Positions 50,601-62,600 of a stretch of 64,000 nt of DNA are shown piece by piece. Position 1 is the stretch's first letter. Every line of letters begins with the position of its first letter. The translations under genes were made by a program, and so were the position numbers. The notes below the pieces were generated by a model. The model saw only the letters and a program-made list of their open reading frames with translations, had not been told where the DNA came from and did not search any database. Where the stretch lies: contig NC_092347.1 in NCBI RefSeq assembly GCF_963676685.1, positions 86,304,001-86,368,000 of the forward strand, in the 5' to 3' direction. This DNA is from Mytilus edulis (taxonomy: Eukaryota).

Positions 50601-53600
50601 CAAAGATTTAAGTTGATTCTGGACAAAGAAAGATAACTCCAATTAAAAAAAAATCTTGCTATTGCACAATATTTTGCAATTAGATGTTTCTTGCTTACTA
50701 TTCTGGACAAAGAAAGATAACTCTAATTAAAAAAAAATTGCTATTTCACAATATTGTGCAATTAGATATTTCTTGCCATTGTGCAATACTGTGCAATTGA
50801 AAAGACTTGCTATTGCACAATACTTAATATAATAATTTTAGATCCTGATTTGGACCAACTTGAAAACTGGGCCCATAATAAAAAATCTAAGTACATTTTT
50901 GGATTCAGCATATCAAAGAACCCCAAGATTTCAATTTTTGTTAAAATCAGACTAAGTTTAATTTTGGACCCTTTGGACTTTAGTGTAGACCAATTTGAAA
51001 ACAGGACCAAAAATGAAGAATCTACATACACAGTTAGATTTGGTATATCAAAGAACCCCATTTATTCAATTTTTGATGAAATCAAACAAAGTTTAATTTT
51101 GGACCCTGATTTGGACCAACTTGAAAACTGGGCCAATAATCAAGAATCTAAGTACATTTTTAGATTCAGCATATCAAAGAACCTAACTGATTCATTTTTT
51201 GTCAAAATCAAGTTAAGTTTAATTTTGGACCCTTTGGACCTTAATGTAGACCAATTTGAAAACGGGACCAAAAGTTAAGAATCTACATACACAGTCATGA
51301 CAGTTAGATTCGGCATATCAAAGAACCCCAATTATTCAATTTTGATGAAACAAACAAAGTTTAATTTTGGACCCTTTGGGCCCCTTATTCTGTTGGGACC
51401 AAAACTCCCAAAATCAATACCAACCTTCCTTTGATGGTCATAAACCTTGTGTTTAAATTTCATAGATTTCTATTTACTTATACTAACGTTATGGTGCGAA
51501 AACCAAGAAAAATGCTTATTTGGGTCCCTTTTTGGCCCCTAATTCCTAAACTGTTGGGACCTAAACTCCCAAAATCAATACCAACCTTCCTTTTGTAGTC
51601 ATTAACATTGTGTTTAAATTTCATTGATTTCTATTTACTTAAACTAAAGTTATTGTGCGAAAACCAAGAATAATGCTTATTTGGGCCCTTTTTTGGCCCC
51701 TAATTCCTAAACTGTTGAAACCAAAACTCCCAAAATCAATCCCAACCGTTCTTTTGTGGTCATAAACCTTGTGTCAAAATTTCATAGATTTCTATTAACT
51801 TAAACTAAAGTTATAGTGCGAAAACCAAGAAAATGCTTATTTGGGCCTTTTTTGGCCCCTAATTCCTAAAATGTTGGGACCAAAACTCCCAAAATCAATA
51901 CCAACCTTCCTTTTGTGGTCATAAACCTTGTGTTAAAATTTCATAGATTTCCATTCACTTTTACTAAAGTTAGAGTGCGAAAACTAAAAGTATTCGGACG
52001 ACGACGACGACGCCGCCAACGTGATAGCAATATACGACGAAAATTTTTTCAAATTTTGCGGTCGTATAAAAACTGTTCAGCAAGTTCTTAACATTTACAA
52101 TTTTTCAATCTGTTAACATATAAAAATTAAACATATGCAAAATGTAAATGTATATAAGCTGTCAGAATATCAAATAATTTCTGTAGATTTGTTTGCTTTT
52201 AAAACATATCCAACAGTTAGTAAATTATTACCTTGTTTGATGTTTTGACCTGTTGTTTTCCTTAATCCATTAAACTTAGGACTGGAACATCCAGATTTCC
52301 CTTGTTTAACCAACTGGCCATACATCTGAACAATATTTTCTGGTGAGGTATCAAGATGGTTTGGTGGCTTCTCATACTGTTGCCACCGCCTGTCATTAGC
52401 TGTGGGAAAATGGTGGCCATTTACAGGAGCTCTACCTAAATAAGCTGCTGGTACCAGTCCTACTTTTCCATTAACCTCAGCCTCAAAATACCCTCTGTCA
52501 TCTAATGGACCTGTAAAACAATAATCTATGTCATTTAATTTTCATATCTTTACTTTATAGTTCCTATTTACTTTCAGCAATAAGTGTTCTTTTTTTTTTT
52601 ATACAATATCTGTATTTATTTTTACTTATTAATTCCCTAAATATTGTCATGGTTTTTACCAAAAGCATTAGTAAATTATATTACATGATTTTTTAAAAGA
52701 AAAACATAAATTTCTTATTATTTCAATGGATAAGTTACCTGTACAAGAAAATATATCCCAATTTTTTCAAGTCACATTTCTAATTAAGGACTGTTACCTT
52801 ATGAAATGAAAACCTTTTTTAAAAATATAGAACTTACCTGTAATAAGGACATTATCTCCCTTGTTCAGTTGTAGTTCCAGTCGAGGACTGTTACTTTTAG
52901 AAAACATAGAAGGATCGTAGTCTGATACTACTGTGAAGTGTGGATTCTTTGGTATCTCTCCTTGTACAAACTGTTCTGATATTAAATGTCTGTCATTCTG
53001 GTCAGGGACTTTACCATTAGATAACTATAAAATACAAATATAAATTGACATGTAGCTATATATAAGATTTATTTAGACTAATTTTTCCACTAATTTTGGA
53101 ACCTAAACAAAATCATGTGCATACAAAAAAAAAATGGACAAACCAGAAAACATGATAAAAAACTTTGTCATACCTGCACACCTTCAGGAGCTACAATGTG
53201 GAAGATCTCCATCCAGCTCGATTAAGGGGAGATAATTCTTGACAACATTTTTGAATTTTCATTCAAAATTAAGTAGTCAGGGTACAGGTCCAATAGGTAT
53301 TTTATATTTATAAATAAAAAGGAAGTTTCACCCTAAATCTGAAGTGTTGTCAGTTATACTGTCTTGAATATACCTGAGTTTATGATAACATTGTCACAGA
53401 GTGTATACATCTGAAATAATTTTGATTATAGTATATCACCAAAATTCTTTTGATTTTTTAAATCTAAAACAATTCATATCTTATTTTTAGAAAAAATCTC
53501 TTTTATAACTAAATAACATACCATTGATGGACTTTCATTATCTTGTTTGTCCATATAAGATTCCATAACTTTAAGCTCCTCTAGCAGAGCTGATGATTTC

Positions 53601-56600
53601 CCAGATCCCTGGCAAAATTCATCTTTAAGGCGCCGTAAAAGGCTGTCCTGAAAATATAACAAAACAAATCCTTCTTCAAATCACTACCTTCTGTATAGAT
53701 ACAAAATAAAACAGCTGAACTAAAACTTTTTATGTTGTTGGACATATATAGGCTTGATTTGAAAAATATGCCTTTGTAATTTTCTGTTGATTTTCCTATA
53801 AAGTTAGTTGAGAATAATTCATGGGCGCTTGAATATATCATGATTTTATCAAAGGTTGGCCTATTATGTCAAATATTTTTACCACCTGCTATTTATATTT
53901 GTATTTTAACATGGGTGTGTACTCAAAGCATTTGAAGGACGTCATGTTATAATATCAAGTAATTTTTATGAGTACATCTAGATTTGACCACAACATCCAG
54001 TGAGATTCAATATTAGTCTACATAAGATAATTATATAATAAAATGTAACTGAGTTTTATCTAATTCAAATATCAGAATATCCCATCACACATGATGCAGA
54101 TAATTTATTTTACAAAGCCTAACTTGAAGTGTTTGCATCAGTACCTTTTCTTTACATTTCTGTGACAGATGACTAATCCTGGCTTTTAAAATAGCAATGT
54201 TCTTTGTTAAATCTTCTTTATTTGTTTCTAATGTTGATATCTGTGAAAATAAAGACAGAATAACATGTATTAAATTACTAATCAATCATTTAGTTATTAT
54301 GTAACTTTTTGTTGAAAGACCAATTAACATGATTTGACTATACACCAACTAACTCCAACTTTATTCATACAATCCTCAGTCTTAAATTTATAATTTCATC
54401 CTTCAAAAATACAAATCCAACTCTAAAAGTAGTCAGTGAGTAAGTAAATAATTGAGAAATTAATTTATGTTTGCATACATATACAGATGACAACAATTTC
54501 AATAACACATGAGCTCTGACAACATACTTTAACATGCATACATCTCATTTGCATTGATAAACATTGTCTTATCAAGGCCTTTTATAGCTGACTATGTGGT
54601 ATGGGCTTTGCTCATTGTTGAAGGCCATACAGTGACCTATAGTTGTTAATGTCTGTGTCATTTTGGTCTCTTGTGGAAAGTTGTCTCATTGGCAATTATA
54701 CCACATCTTCTTTTTTATATACAAAACATCACACAAAGCAGACATTCAACACGTACTGTATTTTAACTCCTATACTTATTTTATAAACAAAGGGAAATCA
54801 GGTGGGGCATAGAGATACCCTTTGATAGGAAAATAATTCCTTTTTCAGCATTTAATCTTAAAAAAAATATGCGTAGCTCAGCTTTTTTTTTACCAAAAGG
54901 GACACTTATGCCCCTTTCCTTTAACCCTAGATATGTCCCTGGTAAATATATAAATTTTGAAAAAAAGAATCAGGCAAGTTAATATATTAGTCTTGAAATA
55001 TTAAGCAGTCAAGCAGTTTGGTTGAAAATGAAGCCAAGATCTACCTTACCTATAGGATCCTAAATATCAATGAAAATGTACTACACATTGTAACCAACAG
55101 AGATGAAGCAAGGTGTTTAATAAAAAGCCTTGGAATTACTGAAGTTGACAAAAAATGTGGAAATCTCATTTGTTACAAATATCCTATATGGTTTTTGTGT
55201 ATAGAGAGAACATAAATACATAAAACAGTATATAAAATATATTACACAGTATGATTTACTGATAAACAAATCAATTAAGAGATAAAAAATAGGTAAGCCG
55301 TGATTTATAGCTGCTAAAACTTCCCAACACACAATTTTGACTGATGCATACACATATAAATACACAAAAAAAAACAAAAAAAAAACAGAGATTTTACATT
55401 TTGCAATTGACTGGCAATTTTCTGTGACATTTAACCCACCCACCACCAATTTTGATGTTTAAATTGTAATTCAAAACTAAATACCATAAAATTTGCAGTT
55501 TCCTTTTTTTAAATCTAAAGTGGAAATGACATCCCCATTTAAATAAATTGGTTACAAAATTAAAAAAAATATCAGCAAGTTGTCTGAAGGATAGTGAGGA
55601 AATAAACTTTTAATGTTATATGAATATTAACTCCACTTTGTAGTGGTTCACTTGTTGAAATGAAGTTTCACCATGCTAGCTAACAAAGTAACATTCCACA
55701 AAAACACCCCAAACTTGATCATTGCTCCATTTCCTTAGCATAGAAGCAGACAAGAACTATGAATTGTGTCCTACTTTTGACCATAAAATCCTAATACCTC
55801 CAACTAGTTTCAAAATAATAATACAAACAATTTTTCAGTAACATTAACCTGAATAATTCATTAATTATATTCCGCTGATCTATGATTACTACATTTTTTG
55901 AAAGTAGGAAAGATTGATCACTGTGAGGGACCAAATAATTCGGGGTACAGTAACATACAATATAATACTCTTTATTGCAAAACATGAAACCCTGGGGGGT
56001 TAAAATGCCAACATAGTACGTTGTATACACAAGTGACAAGAAACATAATACATGATAAATGTTTAAAACAAATCAAGTTGATATTAATATATAAGTAAAT
56101 GTGACATTCAGTATAATTGTTACAAGTGCCAACAACACTTATTAGTACCCTTGTCTGAATGTTAACATAATCCCGTAGTTTTCTCTGTAGGTGATATTTC
56201 TCTTCCTCAAGGGAGATAATCGATACTTTCAGTTCTTTAACCTCCTTCATTTGGTTGTTAACTGTCTCAGTCTGTTTAGTTTTAAATATACAAATTGCAA
56301 AGTGTTTCACATTTTAGATTACTTAGTAACCAATAAAAATCTTATTGATCTGCAAGTGGCATACATTCCTTGATAACGTTTCTAAGAAAGTGAAATTTAA
56401 AAATAAATCTCTCATACCACATACTTATCTTATGCTTTTATCAGCTTGTCTTACAAGATTCAAATGTATTTCAGTTAAAAGACATTTCTTAATCATTTTT
56501 TAACAGTTAAGTTTTCTAGAATTAAAATTGAATCCACAGCTGACAACAAAAGAAAGCAAATACATGTATCTTTAAAATTTAACTTTTGAACTTTTGTTAA

Positions 56601-59600
56601 TGCTAAATATAATACTAAATTCAAGGTGGATAATTTGTATTTATCACATAAAGATAATACCTTGCCGTCTAAAAGTCTTGAAACACTTTGCATTTTGTCG
56701 TCAAGGCTATTTTTCTCAAAGTCCAGATGACTAAAGTTTTTGGCTTTCTCTTTCAACTGAATAATTTCAAATCTGAGTTGATCCCTTTCAACTTTCAATG
56801 AACGAGCTTCACTATCCATGAATTGCAGCTAATAGTGTTAGATAAAGAATTCACAGCTTATATTGTTAGTAAAAGTAGTGATTTTGTATGTCTTAAAATG
56901 TTCATATTTCCATTCATTTCAGTATAGTCTAAATTTTTGCTTTGTGGAACATTACATATATTTGTCATTGACTGGAACCTAAATTCCAATAAACAAAGCA
57001 TACTATGAAATGGGTGATTTTTTACCTTTTACTAAGTTTTACACATTAAAGGATAATATCACATAATTGCTGTTACTCAGCCACACACTAGCCAATCCAG
57101 TAAAGTGTCTGAATGTACACATATATTTCTATTATCTCAACTAGACCTAATAATCCCAGTCCAAAAAGACAACACTTGCTTAAGTTTAAAAGTATACAAA
57201 AGGAGATAGAAATGAAATAGATGTTATCTTACTGGTTGGAGTTCAAATTACTCAAGTTAAAAAAACTGAATGTTAGCTTTCCGAGAAAATATTATATAGA
57301 TTTGTCAAATTGTAAGAAACAGGAAAAAGTGAAATGTTTATATAATTTACCTGTTCGTGCAGGTTATTATAGTCTTGTTTCAGGTGTTTTTCTGATATGT
57401 GTGTTTCTGACACTTCTTGTTCTAGACAATGTAAAGCTTCAAGGGCATTAACTCTCATATCCTCTATTGTTCTACACTCCTCCTGCCATTGTCTTAACTC
57501 CACCAGTAAACTGTCAACTTCATTTGTCTGCAGAAAAGACCAAACATTATAATTTTTGTATAGGTGTAATACCATCAAATCATGGTACGTCACATCCCGT
57601 TGTATACGAAAATAGGTTGAAAATAAATATTCCCTTGAATTTGACAGTTGTAGGTAATTAATCTTACATTTTATTGCAGTAAAAGATTTCTGTGTCATAA
57701 AAATATGTCTTTGGTATTTCAAAGCACCATTATTTTTTTATTTGGGATTTCTATAGAATATTTTGTTTTAATGAGTTTACATGGTGACTAATAAGGGTAG
57801 AAATTTGATTTGTTAACTTCCAGTGATGGTTATTTTCTTATATGCAGTGTAATTTTATGTCATTTTTTTTCTATAGTACTGGACAGGATAAAACTTTACT
57901 CATGCCAAGTTTTTCTTTATTTGAAACAAAGATAAATTCCACACATTTTTTTGAAAAGTGCAAATTTAACAAAGAATAATAGGGGAAAATCAATGGTGGT
58001 ATTACACCTATAGTTAAAAATGTTCTCAACTAAAAGAGTCCACTACATTTGGTATAACTTTTATTAAACTATAAAATCAGCTTCCATTTAAACACTATAA
58101 ATGTTGGCCAATTATTTAATCAGTTTGGGAATCTTAGCTCATTATGGTAATTTTATTGTGACAGAAGTTTATACAATGTAGTATGTTCCACTATTTCTAA
58201 TGGAATCTCATATTAGATAATACTTATAAATCTATATACCTTTGCTTGAAGTTCTCTGTCTTTACGTTTGAGTTGTGTTGTGACATCACTTCCTGTACTA
58301 CCTGTCACTTGATCTGTAAGTTTTTCTTTCATTCTGTGCACCTCAACTTCAATTTCATTGAGCACTTCTCTATCTTTTTTATTCTCCTTCAATAGAAAAA
58401 AATCCATAAATTCATTACACTGCTGTAGAAATCAGGTAAAGGTTTAGTTAAAATCCAGAATAATTTATCTTGTTTTTTATTCTTCATGCATAAAACAGCA
58501 TATAAATAATACAATGATCATGAAGTTAGCAGATTCACAAATTCAATTAGAAATAGAAGAACAAAAAATAAATGGGGAATGTGAACATGGGACACAGATG
58601 AAGCCCCCGCTTGCATATAATGTTATAAAGGGACATAACTCAAGACAAGTATAAATGAAAGCTACAAAAATAAGAACTTGATCTGAGTTTTGTTGTCTTA
58701 AGCATTGTTTGCTAGTTTCTTAATATTGAGTTGAGGTAAAAATAAGCCAGAGAACACACATTGCATAACTCTAGAAGGGTAAAAGAAAACACAATAAAAT
58801 TCAAACTTAAACTGGGTTTTGTGGTAATAAGTATTGTGTATAAGATTCATAATATTTGCTTGAAGCAAACCAAAGTTAGAGAAAGGATACCAATTAGGGG
58901 ACTTATGGACATACACACAGACAAAGGTAAAACTAAATGCCCTCTCAGATTTGGCATTGGAATAAAAAGTCGTGAAAAACTGTAAAAATGATGTAGGAAA
59001 ACATTTGTGATTTTAAAGATGCATATACTTGTTTATTTTAAGACTACTTACTTTGTTACAAAGTAGGTTCTGTAACATTTCTACAAAAGCTTCTAATATT
59101 TCTATGTGTCTACATTTTTCTTCAAGTTCTTTCTCTAACTTGTTTATCTATTAATAAAAAAAAAAGGTTACTAGTTTGAAAAGGTTGTTTTGAAATGATG
59201 CTCAATTACCTTTGCATGATACATTTTGTATCAAAACTGTTTTTTGCATTGACCATAGTGTAATTTGGGAAATTTCAAGAATATCAAATAATCCTGTGAG
59301 AATTACAATCATAATATAAATGAAACTACATATACGCAAGAACTTAATAGTACAATCAACAACTTATATAGCACCCACAATTTACAGTAAACTATATAAT
59401 AAAACATATACAAGATACAGAAACATCTATCCACCATACTTTTCAAGATTCTACAAATTTCATTCATAAAATAAATTTTCTACAATAGAAAAGTCAATTA
59501 CAGTTTGCATTGGTCTCCATCAAGCAAATATTAAAAGTTTGACCATAGAATGATGATGTCCAATGAAAATCTTCATATCAAACAACACTGTATGAGATTG

Positions 59601-62600
59601 TCCAAACACTATATTTCTATAAAACAAACTCAGCTCATAAACAAAGAAAACAAGTGAAACTGCGAGCTACTGCTCACTGATGATACCCCCGCCGCAAGTG
59701 GATAATATTAATAGTGTAAAAATATGCAAGTGTTCGGTAAACAGGAAGTTGTCGAGTGATGAATCTGAAAACGCATCACACGGCATAGCTGACTTATATA
59801 AATCCTGAAACCAAATTTCAGAAATCCTTGTATTGTAGTTCCTGAGAAAAATGTGACGAAAATTTTCAACTTGGCTATCATGTGTAAAATCATACAAGTG
59901 TTCGGTAAACAGGAAGTTGTCGAGTGATGAATCTGAAAACGCATCACACGGTATAGCTGACTTATATAAATCCTGAAACCAAATTTCAGAAATCCTTGTA
60001 TTGTAGTTCCTGAGAAAAATGTGACGAAAATTTTCAACTTGGCTATAATGTGTAAAATCAGACAAGTGTTCGGTAAACAGGAAGTTGTCAAGTGATGAAT
60101 CTGAAAACGCATCACACGGTATGGCTGACATATATAAATGTTGATACCAAATTACAGAAAGGGTGGATGTGTAGTTCCTGAGAAAAATGTGACGAAAGTT
60201 TCATGGGACGGACTGACTGACGGACGGACTGACGGACGGACTGACGGACTGATGGACGGACTGACGGACGGACTGACGGACAGACAGAGGTAAAACAGTA
60301 TACCCCCCCTTTTTTAAAGCGGGGGAAAGCGGGGGTATAATAATTACATGTATATCCATTTAAATATCAGTGTAAATATTTGTGCAAATTTTTAACATGC
60401 TTTACAATAAGTGATGTGGACAACATGTGACATACCCTTTGTCTACGTTTTTTGGCAGGAGGAAGCTTGGAAAATAATGTTAATGGCTATCAACCCATAA
60501 TATTACGTTGTGTATCTTACGGTTAATGGTGTCAGTACTCTGAATCGACCTCATAATAAAATCTGTTGTAGTATTTTGGTTATCAGACTACCTTCTTAAA
60601 TGGAAAATTGTGGATTTTACTTTTGTAGTTTTATTCACAATAAAATTGATAAAAATCACAATAGTTGGTATAGCAGTGTCAGACACTTATGTAAAATTAT
60701 TGACCTGCCCAGTAACTTCATTAATTTTAGTAAATACAAATTCAGAAAATGTTTACTTAATTGTTTAAAAGTATCCTATGTCAAATCTTGGGAAAATGCT
60801 TATAGCCAAAATAGCCAAGGAAAACTAAGAACATATTGTCAGTTTAAAACATCATTTTGTAAAGAAAATTATTTAAATATCTTGAAAAATTTTGATTTGA
60901 GAAAAGCAAAATTTTGATTTGAGAAAAGCTATCACAAAATTCAGGATTTCATCTCATAGACTTAAAATTGAAACTGGGAGATATTCCAAATTAGAAGTTC
61001 ATCAAAGAATTTGTGATAAATGCGATTTGAATAAAGTGGAAGATGAACTTCATTTTCTTATAGAATGTCCTGTATACTCTAAGGATAGAGACATGTTATT
61101 TGATCTGATATTTAAAGAATGTAAAAATTTTTACTCCTTGGATATGGTCAATAAATTTATTTGGCTATTAAACTGTGAGTCTATTAATATTTTAAAACAA
61201 CTTGGCTATTTCTTATCAAAACACCTGCCTTGAGTAAACATTTATAATATAACACTGGGATACTGTAAGTAATATTTAAAATGTCTAACTTTTTAAAGCA
61301 TACTGTTTTGTTGTTTTGCTTTATTGTATTTGTAATTGTTTGTAACTATATATTGTCATGAATGTATATGCACTATGCCCCTTGAGGGTACCTCTTATGG
61401 AAATAAAAGATATTCTATTCTATTCTATTCACAGTCGATTATAAATTATTTAATGTCCTTAAGGTCTTCTTACAACTTTTAGATTTGTTCGTGTAAAGAA
61501 TCACTGTTGATTCATAAAATCTGTTGGTCATTTTTGTGTGTGGAGAATGCCTGATAAATTGAAGAAATATATATTATAATAAAATTGAGAATGGAAATGG
61601 GGTATGTTTCAAAGAGACAACAACCCGACCATAGAAAAAAACAACAGCAGAGGGTCACCAACAGGTCTTCAATGTAGCGAGAAATTCCCGCACCCGAAGG
61701 CGTCCTTCAGCTGGCCCCTGAACAAATATATATACTAGTCCAGTGATAATGAACGCCATACTTATTTCCAAATTGTACACAAGAAACTAAAATTAAAATA
61801 ATACAAGACTAACAAAGGCATTGACATCCCATTGTACAACGAAATATTTCAATCACAATTCTAAAGAATATTTTGTTTCATTGCTACTAGCAAGATAAGC
61901 TCTCTCCATTCTTTTGTATTAAAACTCTTGAAGAATTTTAATTTTTTAGCCACTAGCTAAAACATTTCTTACTATTTACATTATTACTGGTATACAAAAG
62001 GAAAAGGCAAGTTAAATACTATCTTTACACAAGCATTATCTTAAATGATGTAATATAATGTATTTAGCATGAATGAAATCAGAAATCAGACAGCTTAAGC
62101 ATAGTAGTACCTCATCTTTACTGTGTTTCATTTCTTTCTCTGCATTATCAAAATTTCTTCTGGCTTCATAAGCCTAAAACATAAATAAACCATACATTCA
62201 TTCACATATAGAAAAGCATCAATGCTCACCATTGTTTATTATTGTACTAGTACAGGTTGTTTTTCTCATCGAAATAGGAGGAATCTATAAATATGGCATT
62301 ACTTTTGTCCCTGTACAATGCTGTTTTCCTAGCACATGGAGCATTAATACTGACTATAGTAAATTTGTGATTAAATCCATTTCTTAAAGTGAACGCTGAA
62401 AGCTATATATTGCATTCATTTTGCAGTAGAACTAGAATTGCATTGTATTAAATAATATGAAAGGCAATAATATGAACAGAAATATCTTCCTTTGTGCAAA
62501 ATTGTTGTTAGCCCATCTGCAATCAGAGTAAAAAGGAAGGTAACTCCAATTATAAATATCAAACAGTTACATCCTTGATATTTCTAGAATTTTTAAATTG

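Noticed and set aside
50781-51278. 165-aa repetitive ORF (likewise the ORFs at 59667-60131)
   Set aside because: These lie within satellite units of HINE-type elements and have no domain signature.
53174-53410. Possible extra RIMBP-like exon between cag| (53410) and |gta (53173)
   Set aside because: There are stops in all frames, and the flanking exons already join in phase 0.
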